A stretch of 31,195 bases of DNA from an uncultured Chroococcidiopsis sp. (GCA_964248365.1 CAXTYC010000049.1:1-31195), one strand, 5' to 3'. Counted from the first letter of the stretch, positions 1 through 9,649 are shown. Numbers and translations: made by a program. Notes: a model not told the origin generated them from the letters alone.

Positions 1-52
1 CCAGTTACCAGTTACCAGTTACCAGTTACCAGTTACCAGTTACCAGTTACCA
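1..52 (+). repeat. Heptamer tandem repeat (CCAGTTA)x7 or more, STRR-type, inside the coding frame
   Basis: Seven perfect copies at 1-49, truncated by the window edge. Confidence 0.95.
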
Positions 53-1122
53 ATTCTGGGTTATTAGTAGATATTCAAAAGCAACTTGCTGATTTTGAGT
101 TAAAAGTCGCTTTTAGTAGTAAAGAACGACCTTTGGGAGTGCTGGGGGCTTCTGGTGCTGGGAAAAGCTTGATTGTGCGGTGTATTGCAGGGATTGAAAC
201 GCCGAGTGTTGGGCGGATTGTGTTAAATGGGCGGGTGTTGTTTGACAGGGGGCGGGGAATTAATCTTCCCCCACGCGATCGCCGTATCGGTTTTTTATTC
301 CAAAATTACGCTTTGTTCCCTCATCTGACTGTAGCTCAAAATATTGCCTTTGGTTTGCCCAAAGGTACTTCTAGGGCAATAATTAGGCAGCAGGTAGAAG
401 CCCAACTAGCAGCCGTGCAGCTACAAGGATATTATGATCGATATCCTCACCAACTTTCTGGCGGACAGCAGCAACGAGTAGCTTTAGCCCGTGCTTTAGC
501 AACCCAGCCAGAAGCACTACTATTGGATGAACCGTTTTCTGCACTCGATACTCACTTACGCAGTGTGCTGGAAAAGCAGTTAATTTCAACTCTTTCTACT
601 TATCCAGGTGTCACTCTATTTGTAACGCACAATCTAGAGGAAGCTTATCGAGTTTGCAGCGATTTATTGGTACTGGAGAAAGGTAAGGCGATCGCGTGGG
701 GTTCCAAACATGACATTTTTGAACATCCACATACTTTCAGTGTTGCACTAGTTACCGGATGTAAAAACTTCTCTCGTGCAGTTGTGAGAGAATCTCAACA
801 GGTGGAAGCGATTGACTGGGGTGTAAGATTGCAGGTGATCGAACCGATTCCAGATCAGCTTGCCCTTGTGGGAATTCGCGCCCATCAGATAATTTTCACC
901 CAAGCTCCTAATGAGAATACTTTCCATTGTTGGCTAGTGCAAACGAGTGAAACCCCGCACCGGATGACACTGTATCTCAAATTGCACAATCCGCCTGCAA
1001 ATCCCAATGACTACCACCTGCAAGCCGAAGTCTTTAAAGAAAAATGGGCAACGCTGAAAGATCAGCCTTTTCCCTGGTATGTGCATTTAGACCCCTTCAG
1101 ACTGATTATGATGACACAGTAG
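1..1122 (+). CDS. modC: Molybdate ABC transporter ATPase domain (ModC-like), 5'-partial; probably the C-terminal part of a ModB-ModC fusion
   Basis: Frame is open from position 1 ([38 protein letters not shown]...). Walker A GASGAGKS, signature [15 protein letters not shown], Walker [12 protein letters not shown], and the ModC/CysA-type segment [23 protein letters not shown]. The TTG at 133 is not the true start. Confidence 0.85.
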   Translation, partial: PVTSYQLPVTSYQLPVTNSGLLVDIQKQLADFELKVAFSSKERPLGVLGASGAGKSLIVRCIAGIETPSVGRIVLNGRVLFDRGRGINLPPRDRRIGFLFQNYALFPHLTVAQNIAFGLPKGTSRAIIRQQVEAQLAAVQLQGYYDRYPHQLSGGQQQRVALARALATQPEALLLDEPFSALDTHLRSVLEKQLISTLSTYPGVTLFVTHNLEEAYRVCSDLLVLEKGKAIAWGSKHDIFEHPHTFSVALVTGCKNFSRAVVRESQQVEAIDWGVRLQVIEPIPDQLALVGIRAHQIIFTQAPNENTFHCWLVQTSETPHRMTLYLKLHNPPANPNDYHLQAEVFKEKWATLKDQPFPWYVHLDPFRLIMMTQ

Positions 1123-1136
1123 AGCGATCGCAAGGG

Positions 1137-1230
1137 ATTTTAGATTTGGATTGGTAGTTGGTAGTTGGTAGTTGGTAATTGGTAAAAGATTTTTCCCCTA
1201 CTCCCTACTCCCTACTCCCTACTCCCTTTC
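1137..1230. repeat. STRR heptamer cluster (TTGGTAG)n and (CTCCCTA)n between convergent modC and glmM
   Basis: ttggtagttggtagttggtagttggtaattggta, then cccctactccctactccctactccctactccc. Confidence 0.9.
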
Positions 1231-1233
1231 TCA

Positions 1234-2796
1234 TTACCCTACAAGATATCGTTGAACTGTAGATACTAGTGTTTCTGTCCAGTGGTGGGTAAGATCGCTA
1301 CAGGCGGCTTCTACCATGACTCTGATCACTGGTTCAGTACCAGAGGCGCGGACTAGCACTCGACCTTGAGCGCCCATTGCTGCTTCAGCCTCGCTGATCG
1401 CTCGTTGTAGTTCATCACACTGTTGCCAACCAAGACGGCGATCGCGGTTTTCTACTCGAACATTGCGCAGCAATTGGGGATAAGTTTGGAAGCTTTGATT
1501 TACAAGTTGGGCTAAAGGTACACCAGCAGATTTTACCAAAGCAGTTAAATGTAGTGCTGTTAATAAACCGTCTCCAGTAAGTCCATAATGACGGCAAAGA
1601 ATATGTCCTGACTGTTCTCCACCCAGCATCCCTCCAGTCCGTAGCATTTCCGCTTGCACGTATTGATCGCCTACAGCAGTGCGAATTAGCTTACCTCCAA
1701 GTTTTTCCCAAGCACGCTCAAAACCCAGGTTTGCCATGACAGTGGAGACAATCAAATTATCTGGTAACTTTGAAGCGGATTGGAGAGTTTGACCCCATAG
1801 ATAGAGGATATAATCACCATCAACCGATCTACCTTCACCATCGACAGCCAGAACGCGATCGGCATCGCCATCAAAGGCAAATCCCAAATCGGCTGAGTGT
1901 TGTGCAACAGCTGCTTGTAGAGGGGCAAGGTGAGTTGAGCCACAATTAACATTAATGCGATCGCCATCCGGCTGATTGTGCAAGCAGATTACTTCTGCGC
2001 CCATTTGTTTAAATACCGTTGGTGCTATCCCAACAGCTGCGCCCCAAGCGAGATCGAGTACTACTCGTATGGGGGCAAAATTTACAGTAGGCAACAGAGG
2101 TACTTGTAGTGACTCGACGTAATCCTCTACTAATTCTGGTCGCCGGACATAGCATCCATAGTCACTTTGGCTGATTGAAAATGTGGCTTTCCCCCGCACC
2201 CCCGCCTCGATTTCTTCCTGTAGCAGTTGAGATAATTTAGCACCATCTGCCCCAAAAACTTTGATTCCGTTATCTTCTGGGGGATTGTGGCTAGCAGAAA
2301 TCATTATTCCGCCCAGGGCATTAGTAACGCTTGTTAGATAGGCGACACATGGTGTAGGGCATAACCCCAAATGCCAAACTTCTAGCCCCGCAGCTACCAA
2401 ACCCTGACATACAGCAGTTGCTAACATTTCGCTGGAGTTTCTGGAATCCTGTCCCACAATCACTGGTCCCCAGCCCTTTCGCTGCAACACTTGACCTGTC
2501 CACAAACCTACTTGCAAAGCTAGCGGTTGGGTCAATAAATCTCCTACTCGTCCCCGAATACCATCAGTACCAAATAACCCAGAAGGGGGAAGATCGATGA
2601 AGGGTAAACAGTCGAGGGCGATCGCACTAGGGGCGTTTGATGCTGGTGACGAAGAGCTAATAAGACCTAGCTTTGCATCACCTTGAATTTCTGCTGGGAT
2701 CGCATTAGGGGCGTTTGATGCTGGTGACGAAGAGCTAATAAGACCTAGCTTTGCATCACCTTGAATTTCTGCTGGGGACGTGACAATTATTTCCAT
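1234..2796 (-). CDS. glmM: Phosphoglucosamine mutase
   Basis: LFGTDGIRG, phosphoserine motif [14 protein letters not shown], metal loop [30 protein letters not shown]. Start is ATG 2796 or GTG 2805. Confidence 0.95.
   Translation of the reverse strand: MEIIVTSPAEIQGDAKLGLISSSSPASNAPNAIPAEIQGDAKLGLISSSSPASNAPSAIALDCLPFIDLPPSGLFGTDGIRGRVGDLLTQPLALQVGLWTGQVLQRKGWGPVIVGQDSRNSSEMLATAVCQGLVAAGLEVWHLGLCPTPCVAYLTSVTNALGGIMISASHNPPEDNGIKVFGADGAKLSQLLQEEIEAGVRGKATFSISQSDYGCYVRRPELVEDYVESLQVPLLPTVNFAPIRVVLDLAWGAAVGIAPTVFKQMGAEVICLHNQPDGDRINVNCGSTHLAPLQAAVAQHSADLGFAFDGDADRVLAVDGEGRSVDGDYILYLWGQTLQSASKLPDNLIVSTVMANLGFERAWEKLGGKLIRTAVGDQYVQAEMLRTGGMLGGEQSGHILCRHYGLTGDGLLTALHLTALVKSAGVPLAQLVNQSFQTYPQLLRNVRVENRDRRLGWQQCDELQRAISEAEAAMGAQGRVLVRASGTEPVIRVMVEAACSDLTHHWTETLVSTVQRYLVG
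2620..2775. repeat. 78-bp in-frame tandem duplication within the glmM N-terminal extension
   Basis: Copies 2620-2697 and 2698-2775 differ at about one position; peptide [23 protein letters not shown](N/S)AI occurs twice. Confidence 0.95.
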
Positions 2797-3007
2797 ACTC
2801 CACACACCACAAACTTACGCTTGGAAAATAACACTTTACCAAAACTTTTTAAATATTTTGTTTTAATTAAGACTTTTTGGCAAAGTTATGGTATTATATT
2901 AGCAGACTTTGTGCCAAATGGTATAGATCTGTGCTTGCAGGAGCAGTGCTAGTCCTATTCCACCTGAAGATTACTCATTGTGGCAGCAATCTTATCGCAG
3001 GGGAGAG

Positions 3008-3075
3008 CAATGAACAATTATCAATTGTTCATTATTCATTGATAATTGATAATTGTTCATTGATAATTGATTCCT
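3008..3075. repeat. AT-rich heptamer tandem/inverted repeat cluster
   Basis: caatgaacaattatcaattgttcattattcattgataattgataattgttcattgataattga; partly self-complementary. Confidence 0.75.
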
Positions 3076-3109
3076 TTTCCCTTTCACCAATTACTCTTTA
3101 CCAACTACC

Positions 3110-3173
3110 GTACGCGCGGGTTTATCAGACATACTTGTGAACCTCCAGATACTCGTTTAAAGAGCGCCCCTAC
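3110..3173. repeat. Degenerate GTAG-type REP-like small dispersed repeat
   Basis: Ends GTACGCGCGGGTTT ... AAAGAGCGCCCCTAC resemble the cyanobacterial GTAGGGGCGGGTTT...AAACCCGCCCCTAC element (from memory). Confidence 0.5.
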
Positions 3174-3210
3174 CAATTACCAATCTTTAAATCTAAAATC
3201 TAAAATTGAC

Positions 3211-3510
3211 TCAAACACCAGCTTCTAATAGTAGGGGTTGAATTGTTTCCCAGGTCAGTCCTTGCTGAATATAACGTGGTGAGTCGGGATTGTAGGGACT
3301 GGCTACGCGGTCGATTGAGAGAATGAGCGCGTCATCTGGTAAGACGGGTACTTCTGGATCAAAAGCTGTTGGGCGCATTAAGGAACTGGAGAAGCCCTTA
3401 AAAATAGCAATTTGATCTGATTCCCCAGCAATTTCTACCGCCACCAGTAGAACTTCATGGGGGCGCTTGGTTGTGTATTTTTCTAGCCGCAACTGGGGTG
3501 AGCCATTCAT
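3211..3510 (-). CDS. Conserved hypothetical protein of cyanobacteria/plastids
   Basis: 99 aa; recognisable motif IAIFKGFSSSLMRPTAFDPEVPVLP...IDRVASPYNP; start overlaps the upstream stop (ATGA coupling). Confidence 0.8.
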   Translation of the reverse strand: MNGSPQLRLEKYTTKRPHEVLLVAVEIAGESDQIAIFKGFSSSLMRPTAFDPEVPVLPDDALILSIDRVASPYNPDSPRYIQQGLTWETIQPLLLEAGV

Positions 3511-4103
3511 TGTCTAATCGCAGATCTTCCCTGCTTACCCAGCTTGAACAAAACGAAATAACCCAAGCAAAGTACGTAGAATATTAATCCCATAAAGCCA
3601 AGAAAACCGAGAAATCCAGCAGCGGTATTGGGATGAAAATAATCTTTGAAGATTGAGGGTGGCTCAAGCATTGCTTGACATAACGGTTGGGCTAAAGCAC
3701 TGGGCGAGAAGCCACACTGCAAGCTAGGTAGTTGAGCTAAAGCACCCAATATACAGTAAAAGCTAATTGCCCACCGCCAGGAGTTGAAAATCAGTTTTAA
3801 AGCATTCCTCGGTTGATCCTCGATTTCTTCATTCAGATCAACCCAAAACCAAAGTGATATAGGAATGAGAACGCGACCCATTAACCCTGAAATAAATCCC
3901 ACCTGAACAGGAGCAATCAGCAAGTAAACTGTAATTGCCAGCAAACTTGCCACGCGCCAGTAAATCGTTAATAAGCGTCCAATTGCATCGGCTTTTTGTA
4001 CAAAAGCCCAAATTAGCAGAATCAGCGGAATTACTACAGTGAACAATACCGCTAGTCGGTAGTCCATCCAAATCAGCGGTCGAAACCAAATTTCGTTTTG
4101 CAT
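3507..4103 (-). CDS. DUF3177-family membrane protein
   Basis: N-terminus WFRPLIWMDYRLAVLFTVVIPLILLIWA, several hydrophobic helices, SLWFWVDLNEEI motif. Confidence 0.85.
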   Translation of the reverse strand: MQNEIWFRPLIWMDYRLAVLFTVVIPLILLIWAFVQKADAIGRLLTIYWRVASLLAITVYLLIAPVQVGFISGLMGRVLIPISLWFWVDLNEEIEDQPRNALKLIFNSWRWAISFYCILGALAQLPSLQCGFSPSALAQPLCQAMLEPPSIFKDYFHPNTAAGFLGFLGFMGLIFYVLCLGYFVLFKLGKQGRSAIRQ

Positions 4104-4125
4104 AGCTTAAACAGGGGCGCTTTTG

Positions 4126-4272
4126 CTAGGGGCTGGGGGCTAGGGTAAGAAAAGGACTTGGGGACTTGGGGACAAGGTGACAAGGTGAAACTTCAATCAT
4201 ACTCCCCCCTCTCCTCATCTGTTTGTCCCCCCATCCTCTCTCTAGTCCCCAACCCCTAGCCCTTAGCCCCTT
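4126..4272. repeat. Nested inverted STRR-type repeat cluster
   Basis: gctaggggctgggggctaggg ... cccctagcccttagcccc enclosing ggggacttggggacaagg ... tgtcccc. Confidence 0.75.
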
Positions 4273-4323
4273 AAAAAAAACAAGCAATAAAGTGTACCAT
4301 AAAAGTACCCTTATTGCTTGTTT
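4273..4323 (-). terminator. Rho-independent terminator downstream of cp12
   Basis: Stem CAAGCAATAA(4281-4290)/TTATTGCTTG(4311-4320) followed on the minus strand by T8. Confidence 0.75.
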
Positions 4324-4359
4324 ATCAACTGATTGGCTGAGAAATCACCGATTTAACCT

Positions 4360-4581
4360 CTATTCGTCGTAGATCCGGCACTCAACAGCGTCAGGATTGT
4401 CATCACAGTATTGCTCAAGCGAATTTTTTGGTTTGACTTGCCGCTTATGGGATGCCTCAGCCTGTAGTTCTTCTACAGCGTCCCAAGCTGCTGCACATTC
4501 AGCTGATGTGGCTCCGCTGGTTTCGCAGGCTTGACGCGCCTGTTCTCTCTCTTGTTCGATTTGTTCTTGGATGTTGCTCAT
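4360..4581 (-). CDS. cp12: Calvin cycle regulatory protein CP12 (both Cys pairs)
   Basis: 73 aa; CETSGATSAEC, AWDAVEEL core, YCDDNPDAVECRIYDE. Confidence 0.97.
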   Translation of the reverse strand: MSNIQEQIEQEREQARQACETSGATSAECAAAWDAVEELQAEASHKRQVKPKNSLEQYCDDNPDAVECRIYDE

Positions 4582-5220
4582 AGATGATATATGTGATGTA
4601 TAGATTGCAGTAGTCTTCCTCTTTCAGTATAGGAAACCTTTAACGTGTCAAAGGTTCCTACAACGATTGTTTTTTCATTTCACCGAAAAGGTAAAGGGAA
4701 AAGGGGCAAGGGGAAAGAGAAAAGGGAAAGAATTAAATATTCTGTCGTGGATCGATCTTCGTGGGTCTTCTGCCCCCTTTTATTCTTACTATTACAATAA
4801 CCAACAGTTAGATTCGTAGATCGATTGTATGTTTTAACATTTGGATGAAAATCACACAAAAGAAAGAATTTTGAAGCAATGTAGAAACGCAGGATTTTGC
4901 TACTCTTAAGAATTTTTACAAAAACTTCTTTCCTTTTGCGTCTAGCCTGCAAACCCCGCTGCGCGAATGCGTCGAGGCGCGACATTAATCTAAAACCGTA
5001 CCTGTATAAGTGCGATCGCCCTCGTGGATCGACTTCTAGTTACAGACTTCTATTTGAAATATTAAATTCAGCCAAGACAGGAACATAACCACAAGCACAC
5101 GCATTGATGCTAAATCAGCTAAAGGCTATAAAGTCAACCTGAGTAAGATGCATCTAACGAAATCCAAAAGTAACAATAGAAAAAGATCTTGCCTAAAATT
5201 AGGGAGGGATAATAGAACAA

Positions 5221-6426
5221 ATGGCAGACAAAATGAAATGGGCAAACGCCCTGTCAACCCGTCCTTCTTTAGAGGCAGCTGTTGCAGAAGTAGTAGAACT
5301 TGCTTCGTCGTCGCTACAAGCACCAGCCGACTTGGGCTTAGTATTTATTTCGTCGGCTTTTACCAGTGAATATCCAAGACTACTGCCTTTGCTACAGGAA
5401 CGACTATCAGTGCCAGTATTAATTGGCTGTAGTGGGGGAGGCATCGTAGGTATGCAGCAGGGGCAGATCCAAGAAATGGAAGGCTCACCGGCTTTGAGCC
5501 TTACTTTAGCGCATCTTCCCAACGTCGAGGTGAAAGCGTTTCATGTTGTAGCAGAGGAATTACCCGATCTAGATAGTTCTCCAACTGCTTGGGTTGATCT
5601 GTTTGGTGTAGCACCATCTCCTACACCACAGTTCATTGTAATCTCGGAACCCTTCTCGTCTCAAATTAACGACTTACTTCAAGGATTGGACTTTGCCTAT
5701 CCTGGCTCAGTTAGTGTGGGAGGTTTAGCTAGTAGTAGTCAAATTGGTGGTCGCATTAGCTTGTTTATAAATGACCGCATCTATAAAGAAGGGACTGTAG
5801 GTGTGGCTTTGAGTGGCAATATTGTTTTAGAAGCAATTGTGGCGCAAGGATGCCGCCCGATTGGTAAGCCCTACCAAATCAGCTCGTGTGAGCGTAATAT
5901 TTTACTCGAACTCGAAGCGCAACCGCCGCTTGTGGTACTGCGAAATTTACTCGAAAGTCTCAGCGAGTATGACCGACAGCTAGCACAACACTCTTTGTTT
6001 GTGGGTGTAGCACGAGATGAGTTTAAGCAAAATTTGGAGCAGGGAGACTTTTTAATCCGCAATTTGCTGGGAGTAGACCCGAAATTCGGCGCGATCGCAG
6101 TCGGCGATCGCCTCCGTCCAGGTCAACGCATTCAATTCCACCTGCGAGATGCCGAAACGAGCGCCGACGATCTAGAATATCTTCTCGGGCGGTATCAAAA
6201 ACAAACTCAATTCCAAAGTGCTGCTGGGGCGCTAATGTTCGCCTGTGTGGGACGAGGAGAAGAATTGTATGGCAAACCAAATTTTGATTCCCAAATGTTT
6301 AGCCGCTACCTAAATAATGTCCCTCTAGGAGGCTTCTTCTGTGGCGGCGAAATTGGTCCTGTTGGTGGCAACACTTTTCTTCACGGCTACACAACAGTAT
6401 TTGGCATCTGCCGTCAGCCTGAATGA
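5221..6426 (+). CDS. FIST N-/C-terminal domain protein (putative small-ligand sensor)
   Basis: LIGCSGGGIVG, VGGLASS, VAQGCRPIG, FLIRNLLGVD, LMFACVGRG, GFFCGGEIGP, LHGYT motifs. Confidence 0.9.
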   Translation: MADKMKWANALSTRPSLEAAVAEVVELASSSLQAPADLGLVFISSAFTSEYPRLLPLLQERLSVPVLIGCSGGGIVGMQQGQIQEMEGSPALSLTLAHLPNVEVKAFHVVAEELPDLDSSPTAWVDLFGVAPSPTPQFIVISEPFSSQINDLLQGLDFAYPGSVSVGGLASSSQIGGRISLFINDRIYKEGTVGVALSGNIVLEAIVAQGCRPIGKPYQISSCERNILLELEAQPPLVVLRNLLESLSEYDRQLAQHSLFVGVARDEFKQNLEQGDFLIRNLLGVDPKFGAIAVGDRLRPGQRIQFHLRDAETSADDLEYLLGRYQKQTQFQSAAGALMFACVGRGEELYGKPNFDSQMFSRYLNNVPLGGFFCGGEIGPVGGNTFLHGYTTVFGICRQPE

Positions 6427-6515
6427 GGGACTAGGGGCTTTTGGGGGCTTTTGGGGGCATTCAGGGGCACAGGAGATAATTACCAAATACCAACTACCAA
6501 CTACCAACTACCAAT
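6425..6515. repeat. STRR-type repeats (GGGGCTTTTG)x2 and (TACCAAC)n
   Basis: Directly visible between the FIST gene and trmB. Confidence 0.8.
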
Positions 6516-6563
6516 TGAGCATTTTTAATTTGTCTTAATAAAGAGTAAGGAGAATCAAGAATT

Positions 6564-7193
6564 TTGGCAGTTGTTCGCGTACGCCAACACGTTAACCCAC
6601 TATCAAAGAAGTACCAAACACCAGTCAATCCGCCCCAGTGGGATAAGGTTTATGCAAATGAGATGCCACTACATCTGGATATTGGCTGCGGTAAAGGGCG
6701 GTTTTTGTTGAGTATGGCAACAGTGCAACCCAATTGGAATTTCTTGGGGTTGGAAATTCGGGAACCGTTGGTGCAGGAGGCGAATAACTGGCGCAATCAG
6801 TTGGGGTTGACAAATTTACACTACTTGTTTTGCAATGTCAGTAACTCGTTGCCATCAATTCTTGATTCTCTACCAAATGGAACTTTACAACGAGTGACAA
6901 TTCAGTTTCCCGATCCCTGGTTTAAACATCGGCACAATAAACGCCGAGTGGTGCAACCAGAATTAGTAGCCCAACTAGCAACATATATGGCTACTGGAGG
7001 TATCGTGTTTCTTCAGTCGGATGTTGAAGTGGTAGCAAAGGAAATGTGTTCGCGCTTTGCTGCTCACCTGGCTTTTGAAAGACAAGGTGACAGATGGTTG
7101 ACAGAAAATCCCTTACCTGTTCCTACTGAACGAGAAAAAACCACTCTGTTGCGGGGAGAACCTGTTTATCGTGCTTTGTTTGTCAGGTGTTAG
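6564..7193 (+). CDS. trmB: tRNA (guanine-N7)-methyltransferase
   Basis: [41 protein letters not shown] start with upstream AGGAG. Confidence 0.96.
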   Translation: MAVVRVRQHVNPLSKKYQTPVNPPQWDKVYANEMPLHLDIGCGKGRFLLSMATVQPNWNFLGLEIREPLVQEANNWRNQLGLTNLHYLFCNVSNSLPSILDSLPNGTLQRVTIQFPDPWFKHRHNKRRVVQPELVAQLATYMATGGIVFLQSDVEVVAKEMCSRFAAHLAFERQGDRWLTENPLPVPTEREKTTLLRGEPVYRALFVRC

Positions 7194-7681
7194 AAACAGA
7201 ATTTTGAAAGTTTGAAATGTTAGCAGCTAGTGCAAGGAGCGCAGGTTAGTTAAACCTTTCAAATGAACAAAACAATACACTCTATCAGTCTGCTACAGGC
7301 ATTTTGATGAGTAAGCTCGATATATGGAGCAATATATTTATTAGCAGATTACTGTTAAAACTAAGACAAAACTTGATGATTGAGCGTGTAATGAAAATTA
7401 TTAATATTTTACATAGGTTGCTAAAACTTTTAATAAAATGTTAATTTTTTTTTATAAAGCTTAGCATTTTATTAGGATAATGAAACAGTTTTATATAATG
7501 CAAGAATATTCATCAAAGACCAGTTGGGATGGTAAACTCTATTAAAAATAATAAATTTAAATTAGATATTTATTTTTAACTGCTCTTAAAAATAGTCAAG
7601 CTAAACTAGTGCCTAATCTCACAGTTTCCAATCACTAATATTAGGAGCAAAATTCAATTGTTTGCAATATAAACCATACAA

Positions 7682-7987
7682 GTGGATTGTGTTAACTTAC
7701 CAAAACGATACATAGTTATTTGGAAAAAAGGAGTTGAGCTGTCTAAACAAAATAATTTCATCGATATGAGAGATGATGACATCAATCAGGCAACTAGAAT
7801 GGTTTGGTATTGGTTTATGGAAGATCCAGAGGCTTATTGTGAGGCAGTATCTGGTGCAGCATACTGGTATTATTGTCCGAGCGAGATTGACAAACAAAGA
7901 CTAGCCCAATGGGTAGCTTACCGTCGTCCTGATATAGATGTGCAGTCTGTCAAATGGGAACAAATCATCGTTGAATGTTTCCTGTAA
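7682..7987 (+). CDS. Small hypothetical protein, start uncertain (may begin after AAAGGAG at about 7726 or at ATG 7766)
   Basis: Only sizeable ORF in an AT-rich spacer; protein-like Trp/Tyr-rich sequence with higher GC than the upstream flank. Confidence 0.55.
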   Translation: MDCVNLPKRYIVIWKKGVELSKQNNFIDMRDDDINQATRMVWYWFMEDPEAYCEAVSGAAYWYYCPSEIDKQRLAQWVAYRRPDIDVQSVKWEQIIVECFL

Positions 7988-8071
7988 AGCGATTGCGTAC
8001 TTGCCTGGAATTTTTGAAGCTGGCATTAGCTTTAGATAGGAACTAACCGTCAAAGCGGCTGTAGTAGATAA

Positions 8072-9649
8072 CTAAACCCAAGATGGGAACCACATCCGTA
8101 GTTTATAGCTCTGGGGAGAGAGTGGCAAACCCAAATACAAAGGCATCCAGAAGACAAAGGCTAGCAGGATGAGAAAGATAACTGTAATGCCTAATGCTCG
8201 GAGATTGCGACGGTAACTGTGCAGCCAATAGTCAACTATCCATGCTAGTGCCAATCCTGCAAATACAGAAGCACCCATGTAGTGGTAGATAAATGTACAG
8301 CGAGTTACCTTTACCCAAGGCAGCAAATTAGCTAGCCAGTTTAGTATCAGGTAAACCGCAATCCAGGTATTAGCGGGAAGTAACGGGTGGTGAGTGGCAA
8401 GGGGATTTTGGATTTTAGATTTTGGATTTTGGATTAAAATTTCTCCCCTGCCCCTCTGCCCCTCTGCCCCTCTGCCCCTCTGCTCCTCGTGCCTCGTGCC
8501 TCGTGCCTCGTGCCTTTGCACAACGCTTTTAACCAACATCCAAAATAAAAGCACTATGGCAGCAGTTGAGAACCACCACAACAGTGGGTTTCCCATCGCG
8601 TGTACATCGTATATAAATTTCACACTGGTAGCAGGTAGGGGAGGTCCTACAATTGGTATAGGTTCGGTAATACTTTGCGTTGTTTTGTAAAAGTAGGCAA
8701 CTGGGCGTACCATCAAAAGCCAGGTATACCATGCAGAACAGTAAGGATGGACTTTTGGACCACTGCCAATGTGTTCGTGATACTCTAAAATCTCCTTTTG
8801 TATTTCCAAAAATCCTGGGGTTGGATTAAGTTGTAAATGCGGAATCCAGCTAATGCTGTAGACTAAAACTGGGATAATACCTAGATAAAACAGAATAGAA
8901 AACAAGTTCAACTGGGTTAAGTTTTTCCCCGTGCTTGGTAATTGGTAACTGGTAACTGGTAACTGGTAACTGGTAGTTGGTAGTTGCGGCTGCATCCGAT
9001 GTATTAGCTGGGCTGCTATCCAAGTTAGATATGCTCCCAATAGAAACCATAAGCCGTTCCACTTGATCGCGGCTGAAGCACCGAAACCAATTCCGGCTAA
9101 AATTAACCAAAAAGAGCGTTGTCTGCCATAACGCTCTAGTGCTATTAATAAAAACCACTGCCCTAATAGTCCAAAAAGAACTAAGTAGACGTTATTCAGA
9201 GCATAGCGAGACTCTACCAGAAATAATCCATCAGCGCAGGCAAATATAGCAGCGATCGCAGCCGTGCTGCGCCTGTGACTCAGTTGATAGGCAATTCCTG
9301 CTACAACTGGGGGAATGAATGAGCCTGTGAGAGCGTTTAACCAACGATAACTCCAAGTCGATCGCATTGAACCTGTCAAACCGTTGACTGTATCCTGTCC
9401 AATGGGGATGTGACTTCCAATCCAGATTGCGATCGCAATTAGGTATTGACTCAAGGGCGGATGAGCATTAAAAAATCGGGTATTGGTCAGGTAGTCGTTG
9501 GCAAATTGGGCGTAATATACCTCATCAAATACCAGAGTATTAAATCGGCTCAGTCCCCAAAATCGCAGGTAAGCTGAGATCAAAAATACTACGGTTAACC
9601 CAATCCAGAACCAAGGAAATCGGTTAGACAGGTTTTTAGAGACAGACAT
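8072..9649 (-). CDS. Lipid-carrier-dependent glycosyltransferase, PMT/GT39-like (protein O-mannosyltransferase family)
   Basis: LVFDEVYY, HPPL, ESRYALNN, KWNG, HPYCSAWYTW, GNPLLWW, R.TFIYHY motifs; multiple TM helices. Confidence 0.9.
   Translation of the reverse strand: MSVSKNLSNRFPWFWIGLTVVFLISAYLRFWGLSRFNTLVFDEVYYAQFANDYLTNTRFFNAHPPLSQYLIAIAIWIGSHIPIGQDTVNGLTGSMRSTWSYRWLNALTGSFIPPVVAGIAYQLSHRRSTAAIAAIFACADGLFLVESRYALNNVYLVLFGLLGQWFLLIALERYGRQRSFWLILAGIGFGASAAIKWNGLWFLLGAYLTWIAAQLIHRMQPQLPTTSYQLPVTSYQLPSTGKNLTQLNLFSILFYLGIIPVLVYSISWIPHLQLNPTPGFLEIQKEILEYHEHIGSGPKVHPYCSAWYTWLLMVRPVAYFYKTTQSITEPIPIVGPPLPATSVKFIYDVHAMGNPLLWWFSTAAIVLLFWMLVKSVVQRHEARGTRHEEQRGRGAEGQRGRGEILIQNPKSKIQNPLATHHPLLPANTWIAVYLILNWLANLLPWVKVTRCTFIYHYMGASVFAGLALAWIVDYWLHSYRRNLRALGITVIFLILLAFVFWMPLYLGLPLSPQSYKLRMWFPSWV
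8401..8514. repeat. Composite in-frame repeat tract in the PMT gene: (GATTTTG)n, (CCCCTCTG)n, (CCTCGTG)n
   Basis: Encodes RHEARGTRHEEQRGRGAEGQRGRGEILIQNPKSKIQNP. Confidence 0.92.
8935..8985. repeat. In-frame (TAACTGG)n heptamer repeat in the PMT gene
   Basis: Encodes [18 protein letters not shown]; reverse complement of the repeat at 1-52. Confidence 0.92.

Noticed and set aside
133..135. TTG start for modC from the ORF track
   Set aside because: The frame is open upstream to the window edge and encodes a typical ModC N-terminal strand.
2761..3140. ORFs 2761-2952 and 2877-3140
   Set aside because: They cover the glmM promoter and AT-rich repeats; LSIVHYSLIIDNCSL is translated repeat.
4680..5522. 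Several overlapping 63-107 aa ORFs in the cp12/FIST spacer
   Set aside because: Low complexity, mutually overlapping or antisense to the FIST gene; no recognisable motifs.
8394..9158. ORFs 8394-8690, 8529-8732 and 8850-9158
   Set aside because: Shadow frames of the PMT gene, partly produced by the tandem repeats.
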